The translations under genes and the position numbers were made by a program. DNA of 64,000 bases from Desulfurococcaceae archaeon (GTDB lineage Archaea; Thermoproteota; Thermoprotei_A; Sulfolobales; Desulfurococcaceae): NCBI GenBank assembly GCA_038824035.1, contig JAWBBW010000007.1, positions 1-64,000 on the forward strand, given 5' to 3'. Shown piece after piece: positions 30,228-40,113 of the stretch. The notes under the pieces are model-generated. The model searched no databases, was not told the origin of the DNA, and worked only from the letters and a program-made list of their open reading frames with translations. Positions within the stretch are counted from its first letter, which is position 1; every line of letters starts with the position of its first letter.

Positions 30228-30788
30228 TTAATAATATACATCTCTTAAGCAGAAATCAAGCAAATCGACTGATTCCTCTAAGCAGTTGATCAGCTGTGGC
30301 ATTTGTTTTTGCCTTAGATACTCCATGAGCCTTTTCCTATTCTCTGATTCATCGTTCACGATAACATTTGGCAACTTATTCAAAACCCCATGTCGTTTTA
30401 CAATAAAAACTACATACTTATCCCTGCTGAGAAGCTTAGCGAGCAATTTGCCGTATTTATCCAATTCACATAATGTCTCACTAGCGTTCTTTTCATTATT
30501 TTCAACTATACCTATAAATCCGTCATGGCAATGGCTGAAATTTATGTTTTCCTTCACGACACATATTGTGTTTTCTTGCCATGAGTGCCATAATGTGTAT
30601 TTATATGTACCCCACACAAAAACTTGGAAAAATGATCCATTGCAGATCACACTTGAATTGATGCCATGTATGAATAGGATTGCACGTTTTTCTCTAGTAT
30701 CTAAGTAGAATACACTGTTTTCAAATCGCCAATCAATATCCTCACATATCACGTGGTCAAGGATAACGCATTGAATTGCATTCATCAC
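30228..30788 (-). CDS. Hypothetical protein
   Basis: 186-aa ORF filling the gap, co-oriented with tatD. Confidence 0.6.
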   Translation of the reverse strand: MMNAIQCVILDHVICEDIDWRFENSVFYLDTREKRAILFIHGINSSVICNGSFFQVFVWGTYKYTLWHSWQENTICVVKENINFSHCHDGFIGIVENNEKNASETLCELDKYGKLLAKLLSRDKYVVFIVKRHGVLNKLPNVIVNDESENRKRLMEYLRQKQMPQLINCLEESVDLLDFCLRDVYY

Positions 30789-30821
30789 GATATTAACCCC
30801 TTTTGATATTTTACCTCAATG

Positions 30822-30880
30822 CCAGATGATGATTTTGCCGAAGGCCGTTTAAAAATGTGGAATCTCCCGAAAACTGATGG
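30822..30880 (+). ncRNA. Candidate box C/D guide sRNA (23S rRNA-targeting)
   Basis: C ATGATGA (30826-30832), D CTGA (30874-30877), terminal CCA/TGG, degenerate D'/C'. Confidence 0.7.
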
Positions 30881-30889
30881 GATTTTGAT

Positions 30890-31558
30890 ATGCGCATAGA
30901 AATGATCATACTTGATTACGATTTAACCATTGTGAATAACTATGTTGATTTCTACGAGACATATTGCAATGCCTTAAGATACTATGGGGTAGATCCGCCA
31001 TCATTCGATGAATTCGTCAAAATGATCGAGAACAATACGCTCTCATCGAAAATTCCACGAAATATAGATGAACAAGAATTTTGGAAATATTTCAGAAAGA
31101 TCTATATATCGAGACATAGTTGGCTACGTAGAGGTTTCATAGAATTCGCACTCTTGCTTAGAAATATGGGTGCAAAGTTCATAGTAATATCTGGTAGGGA
31201 AACCAGCCCCGAATATATTTGGCTAGACCTTAGAAGACTTGGAATAGATCATCTAATAGATGATGTCATCACGATGAGTATGTTGCAGGAAATAAATGGA
31301 CATGAGGATTTTCCTTTCGATAAGTCATCGTTAATAGAATACGCGATGCAAAAACATGGAATTATCATGAATAACATTATATGTATTGGCGATTACATCA
31401 CGGATTATTATAGTTGTGTTAAAAAGGGATTAATATTCATAGGTATAAATGACATCGAAAAGAGAAATCAAGTGCTTAGGGAAAGCGGCGTAAAAATAAT
31501 CTCTCGCGATTTCATGGAATTACTACCAATAATTCTAGATCTCGTTAGGGAACAATGA
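30890..31558 (+). CDS. HAD-superfamily hydrolase
   Basis: DYDLT motif I, SGR motif II, K, IGDYITD motif IV. Confidence 0.88.
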   Translation: MRIEMIILDYDLTIVNNYVDFYETYCNALRYYGVDPPSFDEFVKMIENNTLSSKIPRNIDEQEFWKYFRKIYISRHSWLRRGFIEFALLLRNMGAKFIVISGRETSPEYIWLDLRRLGIDHLIDDVITMSMLQEINGHEDFPFDKSSLIEYAMQKHGIIMNNIICIGDYITDYYSCVKKGLIFIGINDIEKRNQVLRESGVKIISRDFMELLPIILDLVREQ

Positions 31559-31601
31559 TTATGAGACACTGGTCATTCATGATCTAATAAAATGGAGTCA
31601 G

Positions 31602-31901
31602 CTATATAGTACTTATATATCGGCCATCACTATTTACATACACCTCTCCACGCTCGATCAACATATTAATGGCTTTTCGGATTTTGTCCTCACTGGCTAT
31701 ACCCGATAAGATCAGGTGTATTTCCTTTAAATTCATTGGTCTATAGATCAATAACTCCTTGATTATAACCACGAGTTGATCCTCATTCGGTGCTGTCATT
31801 AATACTATATCGTTATCCTCGTGAAGTATTTTTAATCTAACTATTCTACTTAATTTATTGATCTCATCTTGTGTTAACGCAACATTTCTCATGTGAAACA
31901 C
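31602..31901 (-). CDS. Small winged-helix protein
   Basis: RPMNLKEIH...SEDKIRKAI-x-L-x-G-x-V wHTH pattern. Confidence 0.7.
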   Translation of the reverse strand: MFHMRNVALTQDEINKLSRIVRLKILHEDNDIVLMTAPNEDQLVVIIKELLIYRPMNLKEIHLILSGIASEDKIRKAINMLIERGEVYVNSDGRYISTI

Positions 31902-31987
31902 CTTCTTTTAAACCCTATGTAAGCCAGTCACTTTATCTAATAATATTATGAGCCCATTTAAACATTTAATGAACCAGAGGGATTTCA

Positions 31988-33280
31988 ATGGACATCAATG
32001 TTATATTGTATTATAATGATAAGACGAAATACAGTATAAACCCGTTGATAGCCTCACTGGATAATATTCCAGGTGTTAAGATTATATTAGTCGACTCCAT
32101 TAATACCATGGTAAGTGTCGTGAACAAGTTAAGGGAAAGGGGCAAATGCATAGTTGGATTTAGCCTAATGACCACCATGTTAACAGATGATGGCTTTCTC
32201 CGAGATCTCATATCTCTGAACAATATCCTTAGCGAGAAAAACTGCATAACTATAGCGGGTGGCCCACATGCATCTGGAGATCCTATTGGTACCTTAGTTT
32301 CATTGAAGTTTAAATATGTATTTATAGGGGAGGCCGAGAAATCCATCAAGGACTTTGTACATGCTATTCTGAACAACGATGATATATACAAGGTCAAGGG
32401 GCTAATGTTCATAGATGGGAAAGAGCTTGTTTTCACAGGAAGACAGGAAATTATTGATCTAAACGAGTACGATCCCTTTCCATATTGGCGCGGTATATTT
32501 AGTCCAATCGAAATAACAAGAGGATGTCCATATGGATGTTTCTATTGCCAGGTCTCATACATGCACGGTAAATTCTATAGACACAGAGATGTTGAAAGAG
32601 TAGTATTCTATGTGGATAAAGCGGTCAAACATGGCAAATTAGATATAAGGTTCATATCACCCAACGGCTTAGCTTATGGATCAAAAAGCCCATTTGAAAA
32701 ACCAAGGCATGAATTACTAGAAAACCTCTTGTGTCGTGTCCGTGAAACCCTGGGTACACGTGGCCGTATATTCTATGGTACTTTTCCCAGCGAATTCAGG
32801 CCTGAATACGTAGATGAGGAGTTTATGAAAATATTGGCCAAGTATGTGCACAATAGAAGTATAATAATTGGCGCACAATCTGGAAGTGAAAAAGTGTTGA
32901 AATTTATCCATAGATCTCATGGTATTGAAGAAGTATTAAACGCTGTGGACATAGCTATAACCCATGGGTTTACACCAGAGGTTGATATAATAGTGGGGTT
33001 CCCGGGCGAAGATTTGGATGATCTCGAGATGACGCTAGAACTGTGTAGAAAAGTGATCTCTAAAAATGGCGTGATTCATCTACATTATTACATACCATTA
33101 CCAGGCACACCTTTTGGGCTAAGACCACCAACAAGAATACCGATCCAAATGAGAAGGGAATTAAGCAAGATCGTGGGTCGTGGAAAAGGTTATGGGTCTT
33201 GGTTGAAGCAGGAACACATTTCTTGGAAGATCGTGGAACTACATAGAGAGGGGATAATAATGCCTATGAAAAGGTCTTGA
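31988..33280 (+). CDS. B12-binding radical SAM protein (TIGR04013-like)
   Basis: AGGPHASG, GEAE, RGCPYGCFYCQ, GTFPSEFRP, GAQSGS. Confidence 0.88.
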   Translation: MDINVILYYNDKTKYSINPLIASLDNIPGVKIILVDSINTMVSVVNKLRERGKCIVGFSLMTTMLTDDGFLRDLISLNNILSEKNCITIAGGPHASGDPIGTLVSLKFKYVFIGEAEKSIKDFVHAILNNDDIYKVKGLMFIDGKELVFTGRQEIIDLNEYDPFPYWRGIFSPIEITRGCPYGCFYCQVSYMHGKFYRHRDVERVVFYVDKAVKHGKLDIRFISPNGLAYGSKSPFEKPRHELLENLLCRVRETLGTRGRIFYGTFPSEFRPEYVDEEFMKILAKYVHNRSIIIGAQSGSEKVLKFIHRSHGIEEVLNAVDIAITHGFTPEVDIIVGFPGEDLDDLEMTLELCRKVISKNGVIHLHYYIPLPGTPFGLRPPTRIPIQMRRELSKIVGRGKGYGSWLKQEHISWKIVELHREGIIMPMKRS

Positions 33281-33327
33281 GCGCCCGGTTTCTTCACCTT
33301 GTCAGTAAACAGTGTTATATCATCCCT
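33273..33327 (-). ncRNA. Weak candidate box C/D sRNA
   Basis: C-like GATGATA, D' CTGA, C' GTGAAGA, degenerate D AAGA; 11-12-nt guides. Confidence 0.45.
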
Positions 33328-33378
33328 ACTTTTTCTTGTTTACTCGATTGCCTTTATTAACGTTAAGACCAGGTGTCT

Positions 33379-33804
33379 TCATCTAGATGTCCCTATAACC
33401 CCATTCCTCAAATAATGCGTAAGTAACTGACAATTAACCGGATCATGGAAACCGCCCTCATAACATCTATATATGAATTGGCATGATATGCATGGAACGG
33501 ATATGATTTTTGACAAGGATTCTGAGATCGACAACGGATCTTCGCCATTTTCCTCTAGAATTTTTAATACCGTGCCCTTATCAGCCTTTATCACATAGGT
33601 TTTTCTGCCATTGCGTGTGACTGGTTCTCTTGATACAATTTTCATCCTCTCGAGCTTGATCAGGAGTTTTGAGACGATCTTTGGATCAAGATTTAACTCT
33701 TTCGACAATTCGTTTTGATAAATGACCTTAGAATCCACATTTCTATAGATATATTTGAGCAATAAGATCTCGCTTCTTGATAGCGATAAAGACAATGTTT
33801 TCAC
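33379..33804 (-). CDS. tfeB: Transcription factor E beta subunit (RPC34-like wHTH plus Fe-S domain)
   Basis: wHTH (YQNEL) and C-terminal PCISC-x5-C...PVNC-x-L motif; downstream of gar1-tfb2. Confidence 0.85.
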   Translation of the reverse strand: MKTLSLSLSRSEILLLKYIYRNVDSKVIYQNELSKELNLDPKIVSKLLIKLERMKIVSREPVTRNGRKTYVIKADKGTVLKILEENGEDPLSISESLSKIISVPCISCQFIYRCYEGGFHDPVNCQLLTHYLRNGVIGTSR

Positions 33805-33929
33805 CGTGTTTTAGTCATCTAGTGTTTCCATGTTAGTTCTAGAACATATTTTGTGTAAAGAGAGTAATATACTTTGTACACAAGTGTTCACATGAAAAGA
33901 AATATCACCTGCAGTTATAATAAATATAT

Positions 33930-34832
33930 TCACATCAAGACATCTACTACCACTGCTTGTATTAACGCGTTATAAGCATTTCTTATAGCTACATCGCTTA
34001 ATCCTACTGCTTCGCCTACGTCTAATTGCCTTCTCCTATTATTAGTCAATATACTCGCCAAATAAACCGCGGCCGCCGCTAGACTAGCTGGGCTCTTACC
34101 TGTCGTATGCACGCTGTTCTCAGAGCTTATGATCAATGTATTCGCTATTGACTGGACTTCTGGAGGTAGATTCAATTTCCACGATATGAAATTTACATAA
34201 TATCTTGGATCATAGCTACTTGGGGTAAGTCTTGATTCCTCACATAATTCCCTAATCTTCTTTATACCTTCCCAAAGATCTTTTTCCGTAATTCCAGTTT
34301 CGTTCACAAATACCTTAACCGGCCTAGGTTGACCATTTTTCTTATAAGCAAGATAAAGCGCAGCTATTATTATTTTCTTAATGGTGTTTTCCTTGAAATT
34401 CGCATTCTTGATCACTTTCTGTATTATTGCACCAGCTGTTTCCTTGACCGCTATTGGTGGATTTAATCTCTTAGTTAACTCATTCAATTCCCTAAGGGCC
34501 TTGGCAACTTTTCTATCCTCTTTCTCTATACGAATATCCATGTGCCTTATAGCCCATGAACGACCGTGTTTCAAGTGGGTTTTAATGCTCCCCGATATTT
34601 CTGTGCTTCCCACGCCGTGATCGTGTACTCTGTTGGTAAAGGCCCCGCTATATCGAGGTGCTTCCCCGTTTTTAATAAAGCCCTCTGTTCCCTGGTATAT
34701 AGGATGATCATCTAGTACTGTACCACATCGTATACATACATATGCTAATAGTTTATCGTCATATACTACATCGCAATATCCACAATTAGAACATCTCATA
34801 GCCTCCGCACTACTTGACATGTCTTCCACCAC
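33930..34832 (-). CDS. tfb2: Second TFB paralogue (TFB2-type)
   Basis: CSNCG...CIRCG zinc ribbon and cyclin repeats (GKSPASLAAAAVY). Confidence 0.88.
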   Translation of the reverse strand: MVEDMSSSAEAMRCSNCGYCDVVYDDKLLAYVCIRCGTVLDDHPIYQGTEGFIKNGEAPRYSGAFTNRVHDHGVGSTEISGSIKTHLKHGRSWAIRHMDIRIEKEDRKVAKALRELNELTKRLNPPIAVKETAGAIIQKVIKNANFKENTIKKIIIAALYLAYKKNGQPRPVKVFVNETGITEKDLWEGIKKIRELCEESRLTPSSYDPRYYVNFISWKLNLPPEVQSIANTLIISSENSVHTTGKSPASLAAAAVYLASILTNNRRRQLDVGEAVGLSDVAIRNAYNALIQAVVVDVLM

Positions 34833-35082
34833 TTCTTTTTTTCTCCAGGAAATATAGATGCTGGCCAGACGTTATTGATCCGGCCATTACGCTTTTCTCT
34901 AACTTGACAACGATCCTCGGATCATCCACTCGTCCTATAATATCCATTACTTTTCCTATTCTCCTCTTTTTTTCATCGAAAACAATAGCTCTAAACGTCT
35001 TCAAAACATTTCTAGGCAGTATAGGCTTTACAACTAAGTATCCATCTTTAACAACAGTCTCCACCACTCCGAGTTCCTTCAC
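34810..35082 (-). CDS. gar1: H/ACA RNP protein Gar1
   Basis: VFD...IGKVMDIIGRVDDP motif. Confidence 0.85.
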   Translation of the reverse strand: MKELGVVETVVKDGYLVVKPILPRNVLKTFRAIVFDEKKRRIGKVMDIIGRVDDPRIVVKLEKSVMAGSITSGQHLYFLEKKRSGGRHVK

Positions 35083-35251
35083 TTAAAAACACCTCTGAAA
35101 TGTATTACGCATAATATAGAACATTTAGATCGTGGTTTTAGGCTGTAATGCCTATTAGTCAAACCATGAATTCAGTCATTGTATTGCTATTCGATTTAAA
35201 TAATTATTTAAATACATTAATAATACTAATAACCACTACCCTGCGTGTTTG

Positions 35252-35304
35252 AGCTCGGGCCAGATCAATATAGCATTCATATCGCTTTGTCCACTAATCA
35301 TTAA
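35252..35304 (-). ncRNA. Weak candidate box C/D sRNA
   Basis: C ATGATTA, D' ATGA, degenerate C', D CCGA, in the srp19-gar1 gap. Confidence 0.4.
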
Positions 35305-35314
35305 TTCGATTAAG

Positions 35315-35623
35315 CTAGATAACCGAGCGTCCTAATTCTCTGCGTGTTTCACTTATTTTCCTCGAGATCATAATTAATGTCTTGATCTTGTTGTATTTTT
35401 TATCAATCACAATGCGTATCTTTTCATCGGGGTTTCTAGGGTATTTCTTCTGCTCTATCTCTGGATTGAGAGATAAGCTTTTACATGCTTGTGTTATTTC
35501 ATCAATAGATGGGTTGGGCACAGCGTATTTCAAAGGGATTTTTCTACCTTCTCTTCGACTTCTCTTCGAATCTATGTAAGAGGGGTATACAACTATACGC
35601 TTATTCTTATAATCACGACTCAA
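35315..35623 (-). CDS. srp19: Signal recognition particle protein SRP19
   Basis: YPSYIDSKRSRREGRK-x-P...AVPNP...KKYPR. Confidence 0.93.
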   Translation of the reverse strand: MSRDYKNKRIVVYPSYIDSKRSRREGRKIPLKYAVPNPSIDEITQACKSLSLNPEIEQKKYPRNPDEKIRIVIDKKYNKIKTLIMISRKISETRRELGRSVI

Positions 35624-35653
35624 TTAATCACCAAGTATAAATATTGATTAAAA

Positions 35654-36043
35654 TTAAGCCCTCTGTATCAATACACCGTTTAGAACACCGTGTTGACCAG
35701 GTCTCGAGGTGACTTTCACTAATCCCAATTCTGTTTTAACTATCGAACCTTTTGATATAATCTTAAACCTGGCGTGTTGTGGGTTTTCGGGTGTTTCAAC
35801 TACGTCAAGTATTTTGACCTTTTTAACTATTTTTTCTTGCGGCAATGCCACATTAATGAACAAGGCTTCTCTTAATTTAATCTTGGTGTTACCGCCCATG
35901 ACTCTCTCTATTTTCCTTGAATCACGTTCCCCTAGTTTTGTCAACACAGGTGGAGACCCTGTCTCGTAGCGTCTCTTACCCCTATGAGGTCTTTTTAATC
36001 CACCTGTCGGTTTTCTCAGATCATTGCCCTGATAATATGACAT
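35654..36043 (-). CDS. rps8e: 30S ribosomal protein S8e
   Basis: RKPTGG, GGNTK, VTSRPGQHGVLNGVL. Confidence 0.97.
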   Translation of the reverse strand: MSYYQGNDLRKPTGGLKRPHRGKRRYETGSPPVLTKLGERDSRKIERVMGGNTKIKLREALFINVALPQEKIVKKVKILDVVETPENPQHARFKIISKGSIVKTELGLVKVTSRPGQHGVLNGVLIQRA

Positions 36044-36233
36044 TTGTTATACCCCTTGTTAAGATATTTCAACTAGTTAGTAAAGAGGGGTAGAGGCTTT
36101 TAAATGTTATATACTTCTCTATACCTCTTAGCGGTGTAATCCATAGGCTAATCCAGGACATATCTAAAAATATTTAAATAATCATTTAGATAACTGAAAA
36201 ATAATCTTCATCAATTTCTGTGAATGCCGGTCG

Positions 36234-37058
36234 ATGAAATTGATGAAGATATTCCAAAACAGAGCTGAAAAAATATTGATGAAGATCGCCAAATTGATCC
36301 TTAAGCCAGCTTACGATCTCTATGAAAAATGGCTATGGATACAAATAAGAAATGGGCCTTTCCCCCGCCATATCGGTATAATCCCAGATGGCAACAGGCG
36401 ATGGGCTCGTAAAATGGGTCTTGACCCAACAGAAGGGCATGTACATGGCTATGAAAAGTTCAAAGAGGTATTAAAATGGATATGGGAGTTAAATATAAAG
36501 TACACGACGATATTCGCCATGAGCACCGAGAACTGCCTTTATAGAGATGAAAACGAAAGAAACAACTTATTCAACCTAGCGCGGAAAGGATTCAAGGAAT
36601 TAGCGAATATGAGAGAAATCCATGATCATAAGGTCAGAGTAAATGTGATAGGAAGGCTCGATCTATTGCCAGCTGATATACTTGAACAGGCCAAAAAGCT
36701 CGAAGAGATCACAAAGAATTATAACAACTTTTACTTGAACATAGCCCTATGTTATGGTGGTAGACAAGAAATAATAGATGCTATTAAGAGCATTATAAAC
36801 GACATAATAAACGGCAATCTATCAATAGATGAACTAAATGAAAACACTTTTTCAAAATATTTATACACGGAAAACATGCCAGACCCAGATCTTATAATAC
36901 GTACAAGTGGAGAAGAAAGGATCAGTAATTTTCTTCTATGGCAACTAGCATATAGTGAATTATATTTCTGCGATATATATTGGCCGGATTTTAGAAAAAT
37001 AGATTTCTGGAGAGCCCTGAGGAGTTATCAGAGCAGGGAGAGAAGGTTTGGTCGTTAG
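36234..37058 (+). CDS. uppS: cis-polyprenyl diphosphate synthase
   Basis: HIGIIPDGNRRWA, STEN, YGGRQEI, PDLIIRTSGEERISNFL, RRFG. Confidence 0.96.
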   Translation: MKLMKIFQNRAEKILMKIAKLILKPAYDLYEKWLWIQIRNGPFPRHIGIIPDGNRRWARKMGLDPTEGHVHGYEKFKEVLKWIWELNIKYTTIFAMSTENCLYRDENERNNLFNLARKGFKELANMREIHDHKVRVNVIGRLDLLPADILEQAKKLEEITKNYNNFYLNIALCYGGRQEIIDAIKSIINDIINGNLSIDELNENTFSKYLYTENMPDPDLIIRTSGEERISNFLLWQLAYSELYFCDIYWPDFRKIDFWRALRSYQSRERRFGR

Positions 37059-37963
37059 TCGCTTTCCACAAAATCCTCTATTTCACCATACATAATCTTA
37101 AGCTCATCTATTGACAATCTCTTCTTGTCCTTATTCCTCATCTTCGATAATATCTCCTGTCTCTTGATCTCAACGACCTTCTTTGTCTTAGCCTTCTCCA
37201 TTTTTCTCTGAAGCTCGTTTAACTTGTTTCTTAATTCTTCCAGTTTTGCCGTATACGCACTTATTTCGTCATTATATTTGTTAACAACTTCTTGCTTTTT
37301 CTTCTTCATATCTTTTAGCTCCATATACTCTGAGACCAGCTTTTTCAATTCCTCCTTTATCCTATCGCGTCCCCTTGTTAAATTATCTAATTCATTTCTC
37401 AGTTTATTGATTTTCACATTTAGATCGCGGACTTGCAATGATATACTAGTATATAGTGCTCGTAACTCTAACACATCATTTTTCTCTCTTTGTAACTTTT
37501 CGGCCTTTTCAAGCAATGAGACTAGCGTTTTTATCTTTCTCAATATCTTATTTTCTTCCTCCAATGACAATACACTTGTCTGTATTTTCCATTCAAGTTT
37601 TTCTATCTCATCCTTTATTATAGTTACAGGTGTTTTGGACCCCTTTGACATCTCTTGTATTACGAGTTTTTTCTCAGTTATTAGCTCGCGAAGCGTCTTC
37701 AACTCTTCTAACTTGCCTTTTCTCTCGGATACAAGTGACCTCAGCTCCTCAATTATCTTTTTCCGTTTGTCGTTGAAATCCCTTAGTTTTTGCTTTAATG
37801 TCCTTATCTTTTCGAGTAACTCGTGTTTCCTCTCGGCAATTTCTCTGAGCTCTGTTATTAGTTTTTGACGCTGGGTTTTATACTCCTTAACTTTTTCCCT
37901 CAATAAACCAATTTCTTGAACAACACATTGGATCTCGCTTTCTATTTCTTCGATTTCGTTCAT
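37055..37963 (-). CDS. Archaeal long coiled-coil protein
   Basis: K/E-rich heptads with LEWKIQTSVLSLEEE and KRLS-x-DEL motifs. Confidence 0.8.
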   Translation of the reverse strand: MNEIEEIESEIQCVVQEIGLLREKVKEYKTQRQKLITELREIAERKHELLEKIRTLKQKLRDFNDKRKKIIEELRSLVSERKGKLEELKTLRELITEKKLVIQEMSKGSKTPVTIIKDEIEKLEWKIQTSVLSLEEENKILRKIKTLVSLLEKAEKLQREKNDVLELRALYTSISLQVRDLNVKINKLRNELDNLTRGRDRIKEELKKLVSEYMELKDMKKKKQEVVNKYNDEISAYTAKLEELRNKLNELQRKMEKAKTKKVVEIKRQEILSKMRNKDKKRLSIDELKIMYGEIEDFVESD

Positions 37964-37978
37964 AATCTGTTTATCCCT

Positions 37979-38674
37979 CTATTTTCTAAGGATCACTCTT
38001 ACGTCGACAGCTACTGCTCCACTCGGATAAGCCATTACAGGATTCAGGTCAATTGACTCTATTTCCTCGTTATCAATTATTAACCTCGCTGTTTTAGATA
38101 TTATGTCAGCGAGGCTTTTGATATCTACTGGTGGTTGACCTCTATAACCCTTCAAGATCTCTTTTGACCTTATCTCCTCGATCATTTCAATCGCATCTTC
38201 CACATCAATAGGCGCTACTCTGAAAGAGACATCCTTGAGTACTTCTACGAATATACCTCCAAGTCCAAACATGACGACCGGTCCAAAGATCCCATCTCTA
38301 ACTCCGCCTACTATTACCTCTAAGCCAGGTGGAGCCATGTTATACATCAATATTCCATGAATCCTAGCCCGAGGAGCCTTGATCGCAACTGTTCTTAACA
38401 TATCCTCTGCAGCTTTGAAGACTTCTTCCCTGGTATTTAGGTTAAGCTTTACACCTCCAACATCGCTTTTATGTGAAATATCAGGAGATATTATCTTGAG
38501 GACTATTGGATAGCCTACTTTATCAGCTAATTCGCTTGCTTCTCTCGGCGTTTTAACCACGACAGCGTTTGGTGTTGGTATTCCATAGTATCTGGCGAGC
38601 TCGAATGCCTCGTGTTCCAATAACTTTGATCTATTTTCAGCAAGGGCTTGCTTGATGATTTCCCTTGGACTCAT
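37979..38674 (-). CDS. ADP-forming acetyl-CoA synthetase beta subunit (ATP-grasp)
   Basis: ATG 38674; GYPIVLKIISPDISHKSDVGGV, FGPVVMFGLGGIFVE, DLNP. Confidence 0.93.
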   Translation of the reverse strand: MSPREIIKQALAENRSKLLEHEAFELARYYGIPTPNAVVVKTPREASELADKVGYPIVLKIISPDISHKSDVGGVKLNLNTREEVFKAAEDMLRTVAIKAPRARIHGILMYNMAPPGLEVIVGGVRDGIFGPVVMFGLGGIFVEVLKDVSFRVAPIDVEDAIEMIEEIRSKEILKGYRGQPPVDIKSLADIISKTARLIIDNEEIESIDLNPVMAYPSGAVAVDVRVILRK

Positions 38675-38693
38675 TTTATCAGCCCATTTAGGC

Positions 38694-40082
38694 TTATTTA
38701 TGTGATTTAATATTACTATAGGTATATAACGCTTTAAGAGCCTTCGCAAGTCTCTCTGGTGATTCAAACGTCGTTATGTGGTTTTCTTCAAGTTTCCTCT
38801 TATAATCATATGCGATCTCGCTACCTATGATCAACGAAACTATAGGCTTTTCATACTTTTTCTTTGCCTCGATCAAGTAATCTATCAACGTCCCCCTAAG
38901 GCCAGGGATCTGCGGTAATGGGACCACGACGACAGCGTCAACGTCGTTTCTTGGCAACAACACTTCTAATACATTGATATACCTCTCGTCATCAGCATCG
39001 CCCGTGAGATCGATTGGGTTATCAATTATACAATGTCTTGGAAGGGTGTTTTGCAGAGCGGTCCTCAGATCTTCCGGTGTATTGGGCACTTCGAGTCCTA
39101 CGCTAACCAAAGCATCTGTGAGCATAACACCTACGCCTCCAGCATCTGTCACTATGTATACTCTCCTGCCTTTCATCAATGGCTGATCTATCAGGATCCT
39201 TGAATAATCCATCATTTCGTCAAAACTCTCAGCTTCAATAGCGTTTGCTTGTTTGAACGCTGTTTTATATAGAAGATAGTTCCCAGCCATGGCCGCTGTA
39301 TGGCTAGCAGCCGCTTTGCCACCTCGCTCTGTCTTGCCTGCCTTATATATTATTACTGGTTTATGAACTGAAATTTCCTTGATAATCCTTATAAATTCTT
39401 TACCCCTATTGGTCTTAAGCCCTTCTAAGTACATCAGAATCACCTTTGTATTTTCATCTTTGGATAAATATTCGAGAAGCTCGATCTCATCCACGTCCAC
39501 TTTGTTTCCATAACTTATAGCCCTCGAGACACCGATCCCGTGATATGCCATCCAATCGATCAATGCTGTTGCGAAAGCACCACTTTGACTCACGAAAGCT
39601 ATGTAACCTTTAGGCGGTCTTTTCATCTTGGATACGAAAAAAGTATCGACGCCACTCCAATTATCAAATATCCCTATGCAATTGGGCCCAATTATGCGTA
39701 TTGAGTATTTTCTGGATATTTCCAAGATCTCATTCTCGAGTTTTTCGCCCTCAGGGGTTCCCGTTTCCCTAAAGCCCCCGCTTATAATGATCGCCGCTTT
39801 TGTCCCCTTTTCACCAAGGTCTCTGAGAACACTGGGAACCCCTGGTGCTGGTATAGCTATTACCGCTAAGTCAGGGGTTTCGGGGAGTTCTAATACGCTT
39901 TTATAGCATTTTAAGCCAAAGATCTCCTCGTATCCGGGGTTGACTGGATATATATGTCCACTGAATCTATTAATGAAGTTCTCCAATATAACACGACCTA
40001 CTTTACCTTCCTTGGGAGTGGCTCCTATTATTGCTACACTTTTAGGCTCAAAGAATTTCCTTAAAGAATCATTAGATGTCAT
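38694..40082 (-). CDS. ADP-forming acetyl-CoA synthetase alpha subunit
   Basis: PKSVAIIGA, GPNCIG, SQSGA, AASHT (phospho-His), NPIDLTGD. Confidence 0.93.
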   Translation of the reverse strand: MTSNDSLRKFFEPKSVAIIGATPKEGKVGRVILENFINRFSGHIYPVNPGYEEIFGLKCYKSVLELPETPDLAVIAIPAPGVPSVLRDLGEKGTKAAIIISGGFRETGTPEGEKLENEILEISRKYSIRIIGPNCIGIFDNWSGVDTFFVSKMKRPPKGYIAFVSQSGAFATALIDWMAYHGIGVSRAISYGNKVDVDEIELLEYLSKDENTKVILMYLEGLKTNRGKEFIRIIKEISVHKPVIIYKAGKTERGGKAAASHTAAMAGNYLLYKTAFKQANAIEAESFDEMMDYSRILIDQPLMKGRRVYIVTDAGGVGVMLTDALVSVGLEVPNTPEDLRTALQNTLPRHCIIDNPIDLTGDADDERYINVLEVLLPRNDVDAVVVVPLPQIPGLRGTLIDYLIEAKKKYEKPIVSLIIGSEIAYDYKRKLEENHITTFESPERLAKALKALYTYSNIKSHK

Positions 40083-40113
40083 TGCATAAACCCCACTAGG
40101 TTTTTATGACTAT

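Noticed and set aside
37055-37963. SMC/Rad50 or a repeat-derived element
   Set aside because: No ATPase motifs; the low complexity is explained by a coiled coil.
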